IMG/VR virus record: IMGVR_UViG_3300042261_002385
Location: 186,001 to 250,000 of that record
Strand: one strand, 5' to 3'
Length of the DNA stretch: 64,000 nucleotides
In this document: positions 27,858 through 37,790 of the stretch, piece after piece
Layout: each line of letters starts with the position of its first letter
Position numbering within the stretch: position 1 is the first letter of the stretch
Translations under genes and position numbers: made by a program
The notes under the pieces: model-generated
What the model saw: only the letters and a program-made list of their open reading frames with translations
Databases searched by the model: none
What the model was told of the DNA's origin: nothing

Positions 27858-30482
27858 ATGAGTCGAGGAAACACCATTTTTGGTCATAAATATAAAAGCA
27901 ATTCTAGGCCAAAAATTCAACCTAAAATTTTGAAAAGTTCGGCTGTATCACAATCGATTTCACAAAGTATTATAGCTCCAAAAAAAAAATTAGATGTTAT
28001 TATTGTATCAGTAGATTATAACGATTTTCTGATACTCACTCTAGAACACAATAAAAAAATATTTGATAATATAACAGTTGTCACAACACATGATGACATG
28101 ATGTGTCAAAATATTTGTCGGAAATACAACACAAGATGCATTACGACTGATATTTTTTATGAGAATGATTATAAATTCAACAAAGGAGCGGCAATAAACA
28201 AAGCTATAGAATCACTAAATAATCCGGAACTAATTCTATTATTAGATGCGGATATAATTGTCACTAGTCCAATAAATTTAGAAGAAATAGAAGATGATGT
28301 ATTATACACTTCGGATAGATGGATATGTTACAATTATTTTCAATATGAGAGATGGCAAAAGAATGAAATTTCTGTCGTAAATCTTCCAAAATATGAAAAG
28401 GATAATAATTATGGATTTTTTCAACTATTCAGTTGTAAAAATCCATTTGGTATTGAGTGGTATCCTAGTGATCTAGAAAATTCAAGTCACCCTGACCTAA
28501 AATTTAGTAGCCTTTTTCCGACTAAAAAAACAATAAAATCAGATATTATACATTTAGGAGATGTTAAAAAAAACTGGGATGGCAGAACATCTGAGAAATT
28601 TATTACAGATGAAACTTTCTATGAACTTTATGATAGTAATATCGATCTTGATAAAAATGAAATTAATGTTTATGACACAAAAACAGAAATTTCCAAATAT
28701 GGCAAATTTCGTATTCAAAATCAGATAAGCTTTGAGCATCACAATGGAGGTTGGTCATATGCACTAAAATCAATGAATAAAATCAATGGCATAAACGGTA
28801 TACGATTAGAGTGTTTTTTAGACATGAATTTCTGTTGGATTAATTCAAATAAAGAACAAATAAAAGAAAATTGGGTTGGGATTTTACATAATCCAATTGA
28901 AGCACCGACGTGGTATTTAAATCAAGTCAGAAATAGACAAATATTAAAATCATCGTCTTTTATTAAAAGTCTCGAATGCTGCAAAGGATTATATGTCTTT
29001 AGTCAACATGAAAAAAATATATTATCTGAACAAATTCTTAAATTTGGACACGAAACAAAAATAAATGTTTTAAGACATCCAACGACAGAGTCTGACAAAA
29101 AATGGTCAATAGAAAAATTCTACTCAGACAAAAAAATTATACACATAGGCTGGTGGTTAAGAGACATTCAATCTTTCTACAGGTTAGATGTAAATCTAAG
29201 AAAACTTAGAATAAAGCTCAATCAAAGTATAGAAAATAAAATAAACCAGATTTTTAATTTAAAATCAGATTCAGTTATTGAAATAGAAAATTTGAACGAA
29301 AAGGAATATGATGACATTCTTTGTAGTTCAGTAGTTTTCATAAATCTAATCGATTCGGTTGTGAACAACACCGTTTTAGAATGTATAGAAAGAAATACGC
29401 CAATAATAGTAAACAGAAATCCATCAATTGAAGAATATATTGGCAAAGACTATCCTCTATTCTTTGATGAGATATCAGATGTCTCAGAACTATTGACTTA
29501 TGATAAATTAACACAAGCGAATTCTCATCTAAAAAAAATTAATTTAGATAGAGATTTAGGTTTACAAATCCAAAACTCAGAAATTTATAAATCAATCGAA
29601 TCAGACTTAGACGTGACAGATATGCTCAAACCAGGTGATTTAGAGGACTCAGAAGGTGGAATTTATAATCCAGGATTCTGTGAATTTAGGGGAAAAAACT
29701 ATATGATAGTAAGAGTTGAAAAAAACACGGAAAAGGAAAGAGGTATTCGTGACCTTTGGCTAAGAACTACTTCAGTTCCATATATAGTAGAACTTGACTC
29801 AAAATTTGAGATTATTAATAAATTTCCATTAAGAGTAGTTGGAGATTTCATAAGAGTCGAAGATTTTAGGTTATTTACATTTAACAATAAACTTTATTCA
29901 AATCATGTTGTAGTAGATAAATCTAAAAAAATATATCCGGTCATTTCAGAAGTTGACCTACATAATCAAACTTTGAAAATTCTCGGAACAATCGAACTAG
30001 ACATATCTAAGAGGGAAGTTGAAAAGAATTGGTCTTTCTTTACTCACAATGATGAATTATTTTTAATATACTCGGTTTCACCATGGGTTATTTTCAAAAT
30101 TGACTTAGAACAACTTACAGGAGTCAATATCAAAAATTATGAGACAAAGTTTGATTGGATTGAGTCTGGTTTTATATCAAACAGCACTAATCCTATAAAA
30201 TTAGACACAAATACAAACATTATGGGGTTTCATAGCAGAGATAATAAGTTTATCTATCATCAAGGTTTTTTAATATTTGATGACAATTTAAATTACATAA
30301 ACTCATCAAAAGAGCCATATCTATCAGGTGGGGATTACGACACAATACATCCAAATGTTATTTATACATCATCAATATCTTTAAGTAGTGAAAAAAGACT
30401 AGTGGTGTTTGCAGGTGATGGTGACACTAAGACAATTAAAATAGAATTTAAAAAAGATAAAATATGGAAAGAATTATTATAA
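27858..30482 (+). CDS. Multidomain glycosyltransferase: GT-A, central GT-like domain and C-terminal GH130-like beta-propeller
   Basis: VSVDYNDFL...FNKG...LLLDADI; central HIGWWLR...NNTVLECI; C-terminal YNPG...EDFRL...EKNWSFF. Confidence 0.75.
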   Translation: MSRGNTIFGHKYKSNSRPKIQPKILKSSAVSQSISQSIIAPKKKLDVIIVSVDYNDFLILTLEHNKKIFDNITVVTTHDDMMCQNICRKYNTRCITTDIFYENDYKFNKGAAINKAIESLNNPELILLLDADIIVTSPINLEEIEDDVLYTSDRWICYNYFQYERWQKNEISVVNLPKYEKDNNYGFFQLFSCKNPFGIEWYPSDLENSSHPDLKFSSLFPTKKTIKSDIIHLGDVKKNWDGRTSEKFITDETFYELYDSNIDLDKNEINVYDTKTEISKYGKFRIQNQISFEHHNGGWSYALKSMNKINGINGIRLECFLDMNFCWINSNKEQIKENWVGILHNPIEAPTWYLNQVRNRQILKSSSFIKSLECCKGLYVFSQHEKNILSEQILKFGHETKINVLRHPTTESDKKWSIEKFYSDKKIIHIGWWLRDIQSFYRLDVNLRKLRIKLNQSIENKINQIFNLKSDSVIEIENLNEKEYDDILCSSVVFINLIDSVVNNTVLECIERNTPIIVNRNPSIEEYIGKDYPLFFDEISDVSELLTYDKLTQANSHLKKINLDRDLGLQIQNSEIYKSIESDLDVTDMLKPGDLEDSEGGIYNPGFCEFRGKNYMIVRVEKNTEKERGIRDLWLRTTSVPYIVELDSKFEIINKFPLRVVGDFIRVEDFRLFTFNNKLYSNHVVVDKSKKIYPVISEVDLHNQTLKILGTIELDISKREVEKNWSFFTHNDELFLIYSVSPWVIFKIDLEQLTGVNIKNYETKFDWIESGFISNSTNPIKLDTNTNIMGFHSRDNKFIYHQGFLIFDDNLNYINSSKEPYLSGGDYDTIHPNVIYTSSISLSSEKRLVVFAGDGDTKTIKIEFKKDKIWKELL

Positions 30483-31522
30483 ACGGTTTTTTCGGAAAAG
30501 GTAACTGTGGAGATGAAGCCATATTACACACCTGGTATGAAAAATTATCACCAGAATTTAGAATAGTGGCTTCAGTTGACTCTGATTTGTTTGAAAGACC
30601 TGGAAATTTTGAAAATAATAAAATTTATCATTCAATAGATTTGATACACAATAGAAGATTAGATATTTTCTGCCGAGAAGATATAAAAGCGTATATAATA
30701 GGTGGAGGTGGATTAGGTTTAGGATTTGGCATTGAACAGTGGCTACATGCATCAATTAGAAATAAAAAAATGTTTTACTTAGGCACAATTGTTCATGAGG
30801 AATTTCTGATAGGCGATGAACACATGTATCAAATTAATAAAAACTTTTTTAAATCTTTCAATTATATAATGGTCAGAGACCACATTTCTAAAAAAAATCT
30901 TAAAGAAAAATTCGGTGTTGATTCAGATAATTATCCTGATATAGCCTTTGCGTTGACTCCAGAAAAAACAAATTTTTCCTTACCAAAAAAATTTATGACT
31001 GTCACCGTAAGAGACAATGGAAATAATGACAAAGACTCTATTATGAAATGGTTAGAAAAAATTAAAAAATTTGCAAAAGAAAGAAATTGTGAAATTATAT
31101 ACCTACCATTTGATAAAACAGATAAGTTTCTGTTAAAGTCAATTGGTATAGAAATTCCAGAGGAGTATCAACAAATATATTGGCAGCCAAAAATGGTCAA
31201 ATACATTATGTCTAAAGCAGAAATGGTTTTTTCATTAGGAAGATTCCATCCATTAGTATTTTCACTTTCGACTGGAGTTACCTGTTATTACATTCAATGT
31301 CAAGAGACTGACTATAGTTGGAGATATGATAAAAATACTCAAGATAAAAGTTTCAATATATTAAATGATTGGGGCTTAAGCAAACATTATTTAACAAATG
31401 ATGATATAGATTGTAAATTCAGAAAAAATAGTAAATTCTACGCAGTAGCGGTAGAAAGTCAAAAAAGAATTATTGAATTTTTTGAGGTTCTGAAACAAAA
31501 ACTAACTACAAACTATGATTAA
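30464..31522 (+). CDS. Polysaccharide pyruvyl transferase family protein
   Basis: GFFGKGNCGDEAI, IIGGGGL, VRDHIS, PDIAF, RFHPLV. Confidence 0.85.
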   Translation: MERIIINGFFGKGNCGDEAILHTWYEKLSPEFRIVASVDSDLFERPGNFENNKIYHSIDLIHNRRLDIFCREDIKAYIIGGGGLGLGFGIEQWLHASIRNKKMFYLGTIVHEEFLIGDEHMYQINKNFFKSFNYIMVRDHISKKNLKEKFGVDSDNYPDIAFALTPEKTNFSLPKKFMTVTVRDNGNNDKDSIMKWLEKIKKFAKERNCEIIYLPFDKTDKFLLKSIGIEIPEEYQQIYWQPKMVKYIMSKAEMVFSLGRFHPLVFSLSTGVTCYYIQCQETDYSWRYDKNTQDKSFNILNDWGLSKHYLTNDDIDCKFRKNSKFYAVAVESQKRIIEFFEVLKQKLTTNYD

Positions 31523-32699
31523 TCACCATAAAATTGAATATCCAAAATTTTCATTTGTGATGGCACCGTTTTATTTTATAGGTGATGATGAGCTACTTAA
31601 ATCACAACTTTTAAACTTAAATAATCAAACAGTTATAGATTTCGAATTGATAGTTCCTGATCCACATTATAAAAAAAGAGAATGGCTAAAAAATTTTGTC
31701 GAATGTCTAAAATATAATGTTATACACTTTGAATATGTTCCAAACAAAGAAACCCCTAAGTCTTTCGACTACGGTATATTAAATACCGCAGTTCTAATGT
31801 CAAATAGTAATAAAATAGTTACATTTCAAGATTGGAGATTTTGTAACAGAGATTTAGTAAAAAAATTATTAAAATTTAGAAAATACAAATTCATAGGACT
31901 GAGGTGGCAGGTTCTTTATAAAGACGACTCATCAATTTCAACTCACTGGGGAAAAAGCACAATAGATTTAAACATCAATCAAGCGAATGAGTTATATTCG
32001 ACAGGTAACTTTCCTGAAATAAATATAAATTACGAATTTGTAAACACTTTCCATAATTCTTGCTGGGGTCATTACTGTATTGATAAAGATTTGTGGTTAG
32101 AAGTCAATGGTATAGATGAGGTTGTGACAAATACTAGACACTATGCAGACTTAGATATTAATACGAGATTAGAATATTATCACAAACTCAATGGTCTTAA
32201 AATTGAAATACCAATGTTAGAAAACGCGATGGTTAGAATTATGCACTCAAAGGGAAACTTCTTCGGTGGTTCTAATATAGAGTTGGAACATAATTACAAT
32301 GTCGAACACATAACCTGTTGTTTTTCAAACACAGGCTCTATGAATGATAAAGTTTTTACTGAATATGTTGTTGAAAAAATAACTAAGAATGAATACTCTA
32401 AAATTTATGAAATACCATACTCAACAAACTTCGTAAAAAATAATACAAATAGCTCACTCGACTCTCAATATGCAGTAATTGGTTTTGAATGTAATAATTG
32501 TGGACTTATCGGTGAGACACCTCACTGGTATGAGAAATCACCAAATTCAAGATATATTGCAACAATTGGAGCTGGGTTGAAAAATAAAAAAATAGGAAGA
32601 AATCTAAAAAAAATTCAAATAGATCTAGACAACTGTAATTTTGAGGAAAAGGTGAAGCTTTTAGAAAAATCCTGGTATGATACAAAATATTTACAATAA
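31515..32699 (+). CDS. GT2-like glycosyltransferase
   Basis: N-terminal SFVM...QTVIDFELIVPD; LEVNGIDE. Confidence 0.6.
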   Translation: MINHHKIEYPKFSFVMAPFYFIGDDELLKSQLLNLNNQTVIDFELIVPDPHYKKREWLKNFVECLKYNVIHFEYVPNKETPKSFDYGILNTAVLMSNSNKIVTFQDWRFCNRDLVKKLLKFRKYKFIGLRWQVLYKDDSSISTHWGKSTIDLNINQANELYSTGNFPEININYEFVNTFHNSCWGHYCIDKDLWLEVNGIDEVVTNTRHYADLDINTRLEYYHKLNGLKIEIPMLENAMVRIMHSKGNFFGGSNIELEHNYNVEHITCCFSNTGSMNDKVFTEYVVEKITKNEYSKIYEIPYSTNFVKNNTNSSLDSQYAVIGFECNNCGLIGETPHWYEKSPNSRYIATIGAGLKNKKIGRNLKKIQIDLDNCNFEEKVKLLEKSWYDTKYLQ

Positions 32700-33331
32700 T
32701 GAAGAAAAACAAATACAAATTTACAGCTAATTGGTTCGGAAGTGAAGAACAAATCGAAGATTTGAAATCAGTTCTACCAAATTCATCCTCGGAACTGCAT
32801 ATGTTAGAAATTGGTTCATATGAAGGAAGAAGTACAGTTTGGTTTTTAGAAAATTTACTTTTGAATGAAAAATCGACTATTACTTGTGTAGATCCTTGGC
32901 TAGATTACTCACAAGACAAAAAAAGTTTAGACTCTTACAATTCCCCAGAGGCAGACTGGAAATTTGGAACAAATAAAATTGTAGAAACTTTTTTGTTCAA
33001 TATTGAATCCTCAGGTTTTAGAAACAAAGTGTCTGTCGAAAGAGGTCTATCAACAGAAATTTTACCAAAATTACTACTGAATTCAAATAAATATGATATA
33101 ATATTCATAGACGGTAACCACGTTGCACCATTTGTTCTTATAGATGCGGTTTTATCTTGGTCCTTATTAAAAAATGGTGGAATTTTAATATTTGATGACT
33201 ATCTATGGATGCCGGATTTGTATAAGACACTTTCACCTAAACTAGCTATCGATTCATTTGTAGAAGTTTTTGAAGATTACATTGATGTAATTTTAGACAA
33301 ATATCGAAAAGTTTTAAAAAAAAATAGCTAA
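32699..33331 (+). CDS. Class I SAM-dependent methyltransferase (Methyltransf_24-like)
   Basis: LEIGSYEGRS, VDPW, YDIIFIDGNH, LKNGGILIFDDY. Confidence 0.9.
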   Translation: MKKNKYKFTANWFGSEEQIEDLKSVLPNSSSELHMLEIGSYEGRSTVWFLENLLLNEKSTITCVDPWLDYSQDKKSLDSYNSPEADWKFGTNKIVETFLFNIESSGFRNKVSVERGLSTEILPKLLLNSNKYDIIFIDGNHVAPFVLIDAVLSWSLLKNGGILIFDDYLWMPDLYKTLSPKLAIDSFVEVFEDYIDVILDKYRKVLKKNS

Positions 33332-33333
33332 TT

Positions 33334-33963
33334 ATGGCAAACGGAATTTATAAAATAACTGAAGATTTTGAAAAAGCTTTGTCGGAATATACAGGAGCAC
33401 CACATGTCATTACAGTAGATAATCAAAGTAATGCTCTTTTTTTAGCACTAATGTATGAAAAAGTGAGTGGTAAAGAAATTACAATACCATCACGGACTTA
33501 TCCATCTGTTCCCTGTGAAATAATTCATGCAGGCGCAAAAGTCAAATTTAGAAAAGTAAAGGGTAAAACCTTAAAAGGTTCTTATCAACTTGAGCCAACA
33601 AACGTTTGGGATTCAGCTCTAAGCTTTACGGCTGATATGTATAAACCCGGAACTCATATGTGTATCTCATTCACTGGACCATATAAACATTTTAAATTAT
33701 CAAAAGGAGGAGCAATTTTAACTGATAACTACGAAGCTTATTTGTGGTTTAAAAGAGCTAGATATTCGGGTAGAAGAGAGTGTTCATATCACGACGACCA
33801 TTTTGACATGATTGGTTGGAACTTCTACATGATGCCAGAATTAGCTACACGAGGTCTATTACTTATGAATCAATTCTATAACGTTGATGGAACAAAAAAA
33901 CACAATGAAGATCTTGAACTACCTTATCCAGATCTGTCAAAATTTGAGATATACACAAGATGA
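33334..33963 (+). CDS. DegT/DnrJ/EryC1-like PLP aminotransferase (short form)
   Basis: FEKALSEYTGA, WDSA, SFTGPYKHFKLSKGGAI, GWNFYM; only 209 aa. Confidence 0.8.
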   Translation: MANGIYKITEDFEKALSEYTGAPHVITVDNQSNALFLALMYEKVSGKEITIPSRTYPSVPCEIIHAGAKVKFRKVKGKTLKGSYQLEPTNVWDSALSFTADMYKPGTHMCISFTGPYKHFKLSKGGAILTDNYEAYLWFKRARYSGRRECSYHDDHFDMIGWNFYMMPELATRGLLLMNQFYNVDGTKKHNEDLELPYPDLSKFEIYTR

Positions 33964-34547
33964 TTAAAGCTCTGATTGGCAATGGTGGACATGCTAGGGA
34001 AGTGATGTCTCAGATGTCTTGTGATTTAGTCAGGTTTATAGATGATATTTACTGGACACCAGGTGATAGTATGGTTTTACCACTTTCAGAATTCGATGAA
34101 ACAAAATATATAGTCATGATTGCGATAGGTGGTTCTCAACAAAGACATGATGTTCACAAAAGACTACCGAGAAAAACTCAGTTTTTTTCATTTGTTCATC
34201 CATCTTCGTTGATATTTGGTAAAGACGTAGAAATAGGTGAGGGTTCTTTCATTGGAGCATATTCACAAATAACAACTAATATAATACTTGGTAAACATGC
34301 CATTCTAAATAGATCGAACCATATTGGACATGACTCTATTATAGGTGATTTTTTCTCAGCACATCCTGGTTCAATAGTTTCTGGTAATTGTAGAATAGGA
34401 AATAGAGTATATCTAGGAACCAACTCATCAATAAAAGAAAAGACAATCATTTGTGATGATGTTGTAATAGGTCTAAACTCAGGCGTTGTATGTGACATAA
34501 AAGAACCAGGTATCTACGGAGGTGTTCCTGTTAAAAAATTGAAATAG
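33960..34547 (+). CDS. NeuD/PglD-type sugar acetyltransferase
   Basis: GNGGHAREV, IAIG, HPS, hexapeptide repeats, HIGHD, YGGVPVK. Confidence 0.9.
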   Translation: MIKALIGNGGHAREVMSQMSCDLVRFIDDIYWTPGDSMVLPLSEFDETKYIVMIAIGGSQQRHDVHKRLPRKTQFFSFVHPSSLIFGKDVEIGEGSFIGAYSQITTNIILGKHAILNRSNHIGHDSIIGDFFSAHPGSIVSGNCRIGNRVYLGTNSSIKEKTIICDDVVIGLNSGVVCDIKEPGIYGGVPVKKLK

Positions 34548-34548
34548 T

Positions 34549-35280
34549 ATGAAATTAAGTGTAATCATATCTTGTTATAATTTTGAAAATTATATACAAC
34601 AAGCCATTCTATCAGTGTTAGCTCAAAGGACAAACTTTGAATTTGAGATTTTAGTAAGAGACGACAACTCAACCGATAAGTCATATGAAAATATATTACC
34701 TCTTTCAGGGTATATCAAACTTTTAGACTCCACAAAAAACTTAGGACCATATGGTAATATCAAAACATTGATAGACAATTGTCAAGGAGAATATATTGCT
34801 TATCTCGATGGTGACGACTATTGGACAGAAATAAACAAACTTCAAAAACAAGTTGATTACATGGAACAAAATAAAGACTGTTCTATGACTTTTACTGGAT
34901 TTTGGCAACATGATCAAGATGGATTTACACCACCAATACAAATTGGATGGCTTTCAATACCGAGTATGTATGAAAATCAAAAACTTAAAATAGAGAATTT
35001 GGTACAGACCAATCCAGGAACCTTCGGAAGAGTTTTTAGAAATATACCAGGTCTTTTCAAAGACTGGATGTCTCAAATAAGATTTTTAGACTGGGTTACA
35101 AACTATGAACTATCAAAATATGGTAGAGTAAAATATTTAGATTTTCCAGGAGGCGTATATAGAGCCGATGGAAATGGACTACTTTCATCCATGAAACAGG
35201 AAAAAATTAATGAAGAGATGTCTGAAATGAGAGAAATTATAAAAGCAGACTACATAGAATGGAAAAACAAAACACAATAA
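34549..35280 (+). CDS. GT2 glycosyltransferase
   Basis: SVIISCYN...DDNSTD...GEYIAYLDGDDYW...KLQKQ. Confidence 0.9.
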   Translation: MKLSVIISCYNFENYIQQAILSVLAQRTNFEFEILVRDDNSTDKSYENILPLSGYIKLLDSTKNLGPYGNIKTLIDNCQGEYIAYLDGDDYWTEINKLQKQVDYMEQNKDCSMTFTGFWQHDQDGFTPPIQIGWLSIPSMYENQKLKIENLVQTNPGTFGRVFRNIPGLFKDWMSQIRFLDWVTNYELSKYGRVKYLDFPGGVYRADGNGLLSSMKQEKINEEMSEMREIIKADYIEWKNKTQ

Positions 35281-35311
35281 ATATACTATAAAATAAAAAA
35301 TAATTATTTAA

Positions 35312-36070
35312 ATGAATAATGGACATTCTTTCACTTACATAATCGGATATAGACACAAAATCGACCGATTACAAAATCTCAGAAGAGTTTTAGACTGGAT
35401 AAACGGTTTTCAAGGAGTTGATGTAATTGTCGTTGAACAAGATACTCACTCTAAAATTTCACATCTAAGCCTCAGATGTCGTCATCTATTTCTTAAATCT
35501 GACAAACCATATAATAAATCCTGGTCATTCAACTACGCCACAAAAATGGCTAAGTCAAACATAATTGTTTTCGCAGACTCGGATTTAATAATGCACCCAA
35601 ATCAACTAATTGAAGGTTTAAAAGAAATTGAAAATTATGAAATGGTAAATCCATATAAATCAGTCATTGATTTAGAACCACAAGAAACAAATCTTCAACT
35701 TGAACAAATTATACAAATTAACAGACCTGGACGTGGTGAGACGGACCATCAAAAAGTTCCAATCTGTGGTGGAATATGTATATTCAGAAGAGAAACAATA
35801 AATAAAATTGGAGGTTGGAATGAAAATTTCATAGGTTGGGGAGCAGAAGATGATTTTGTATCGGTGAAAGTTCAACATTTTTTAAATTGGAAACAAATGG
35901 ACTATAGATGTTATCATTTGTTTCACACAAGAGAACAACCTAATATGAATGAATATCAAAAAAACTTAAACTTACTTCAACAGTTAGCAAAACTACCTAA
36001 GGAAGAACTTTGGAAAATCAGTCACAGAGATGTTCCAAAAAACGGTATGAAAAATAAGTATGAAGGATAA
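35312..36070 (+). CDS. GT2/GT7-type glycosyltransferase
   Basis: VEQD, YNKSW, FADSD, IGGWNENFIGWGAEDD, HLFH. Confidence 0.88.
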   Translation: MNNGHSFTYIIGYRHKIDRLQNLRRVLDWINGFQGVDVIVVEQDTHSKISHLSLRCRHLFLKSDKPYNKSWSFNYATKMAKSNIIVFADSDLIMHPNQLIEGLKEIENYEMVNPYKSVIDLEPQETNLQLEQIIQINRPGRGETDHQKVPICGGICIFRRETINKIGGWNENFIGWGAEDDFVSVKVQHFLNWKQMDYRCYHLFHTREQPNMNEYQKNLNLLQQLAKLPKEELWKISHRDVPKNGMKNKYEG

Positions 36071-36503
36071 GAAAGATTTACTAGATAAATGGTCATCTAT
36101 TTTAGGTTCAGTAGGACTGACTGGTTCACAATTTTCAGAAAACCAATCTAATAAAATATTAGAGCAGAATAATAAAGTATCTGAATTTCCAACAATTTTA
36201 CCAATGGCTATGAAAGTATCTGCTCAAACAATTGGTCAAAATTTAGTCACTGTTAAGCCAATGCCTCATTCTGGAATGTCTCAAGAAGAAATTGATAGAA
36301 TTAATGCTGAAATTAAAAAAGAAAACCGTGATGGTAAAATTGACGCTATCGTAGAAGGAAAAAATTATAAAGAATTAAAACCTGAAGAACATCCTGATTG
36401 GAATTTAGGTCCAATTGGTAGTATATTTTATTTAGATTATAAATACAGTCACAAAAAAACTCGAAGAGCTGGTAAAAAACATAAAAAGAAATCAAATGAA
36501 TAA
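36060..36503 (+). CDS. Short protein carrying the N-terminal segment of a T4 gp23-like major capsid protein
   Basis: KWSSIL...PTILPMAMKVSAQTIGQNLVTVKPM...GPIGSIFYLDYKY resembles the gp23 V-x-PM-x-GP-x-G segment, split by a charged insert. Confidence 0.6.
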   Translation: MKDKKDLLDKWSSILGSVGLTGSQFSENQSNKILEQNNKVSEFPTILPMAMKVSAQTIGQNLVTVKPMPHSGMSQEEIDRINAEIKKENRDGKIDAIVEGKNYKELKPEEHPDWNLGPIGSIFYLDYKYSHKKTRRAGKKHKKKSNE

Positions 36504-36624
36504 GTATGTATCACCTGGTGTTTATGTTAAAGAAGTAGATATTTCTACTACATACTACCCTCCAAAAAAATGGACGAGGAATAAGAAAATTGCTAGAATT
36601 TTTTGTTCAGAAAACAAATGTTAA
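36496..36624 (+). CDS. 42-aa ORF carrying a tail-sheath N-terminal motif (not in the ORF track)
   Basis: Translated by hand: MNKYVSPGVYVKEVDISTTYYPPKKWTRNKKIARIFCSENKC; ATG overlaps the previous stop by 8 nt. Confidence 0.6.
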   Translation: MNKYVSPGVYVKEVDISTTYYPPKKWTRNKKIARIFCSENKC

Positions 36625-36643
36625 GATATATAATATAATAATT

Positions 36644-37057
36644 ATGTTGAAGAAGTTAAGACTTTTTTATTTATGGAAAAAGACTATAAAAGAGTCAAAA
36701 TTTGAGTTGCAACAAAAATTTAATTTAAGAATTGATAGAGCTCAAAGGCTATATACAGTAATTAATGTTCCCGAAGAATTAGTAGGAGAAGCTTATGCTC
36801 TTAAAAAATCAGATATTGATAGAATATCTGAAAATTACATCAGAAGCTATAGTGGTGAATTATCACAGGTATTAAATGATAGAGGTCTACAAGAACTCTT
36901 CAGAGTCTATGAAATAACTAAGGTTGACAAATACTCTTATTTAATAGTAATTGGTTTTTCTTTATTTAAAAGTCAAAAATACTATAACATACTTTACTAC
37001 GTTTTAACACCAATATTAGTGATTAGTTCAATTATATTTTCTATAATATTGTTTTAA
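36644..37057 (+). CDS. Hypothetical protein with C-terminal TM helix
   Basis: ATG 36644 after GATATATAA; hydrophobic C-terminus. Confidence 0.7.
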   Translation: MLKKLRLFYLWKKTIKESKFELQQKFNLRIDRAQRLYTVINVPEELVGEAYALKKSDIDRISENYIRSYSGELSQVLNDRGLQELFRVYEITKVDKYSYLIVIGFSLFKSQKYYNILYYVLTPILVISSIIFSIILF

Positions 37058-37103
37058 GTTAAACTTTTACAATATTTTTGTTTATAAAATAAAAAAATAA
37101 AAT

Positions 37104-37532
37104 ATGGATAGATTTTACGAGTTGTCACAAGACACAATTGATGATTTTTTTGCAGTTTTTAATAAAAAATCATTTCCAATCGCTATCAAATTTCAATTTA
37201 TTGGTGATTCAAAACAAAAAAATTTAGTCAAGATTGCTAAAGTTGCAGACGATATGGCTTTCATTCTTCAGAAAGAACTTAAAGTTACAATAAATGAAGA
37301 CTTATTGAACGTATATGATGAAGAATCAGCAACAATTCTTTTTGAACAAGAAATTGACAAAATCAACATTAACCTTGACTCAGGAAAAATTAAGCTTGTA
37401 AAAACAGATTTAAATACTTTTTCTTCTTTAGTTAATAAATACGGGGTTGAAAAAGTAGCAAGAGCTAACAAAGTAGAAGAACTTTATCAAGAACAACAAA
37501 AAGACGCAAAAGACGAAGAATTTATTATATAA
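37104..37532 (+). CDS. Possible degenerate phage metallopeptidase homolog
   Basis: EQEIDKI...SGKIKLVKTDLNTFSSLVNKYG parallels the HELxHI...GK...HD...YG pattern but lacks the His ligands. Confidence 0.45.
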   Translation: MDRFYELSQDTIDDFFAVFNKKSFPIAIKFQFIGDSKQKNLVKIAKVADDMAFILQKELKVTINEDLLNVYDEESATILFEQEIDKININLDSGKIKLVKTDLNTFSSLVNKYGVEKVARANKVEELYQEQQKDAKDEEFII

Positions 37533-37535
37533 CTT

Positions 37536-37772
37536 ATGGAAACAACAAAACTAGGACAAAATTACATCACAGCTTTAAGAAAAAAATATGAAGCTGAAAT
37601 GGCAGAAGCAGAAGCTAATTTAGCACTTTATGTCAATCAATTGGTAGCCATCGGAGAACACTCTGATTTGATGGATGAACACGACAAGTGGATTGAAAAA
37701 TACACTAATGCAAAAGATAAATTAGAATCATTAAACCATCTTTTTGATTCTCAACAAATAATTAAAGGATAA
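37536..37772 (+). CDS. Small coiled-coil protein
   Basis: 78 aa helical ORF (IGEHSD motif) in the operon. Confidence 0.7.
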   Translation: METTKLGQNYITALRKKYEAEMAEAEANLALYVNQLVAIGEHSDLMDEHDKWIEKYTNAKDKLESLNHLFDSQQIIKG

Positions 37773-37790
37773 AAAATAAAACAAATAAAA

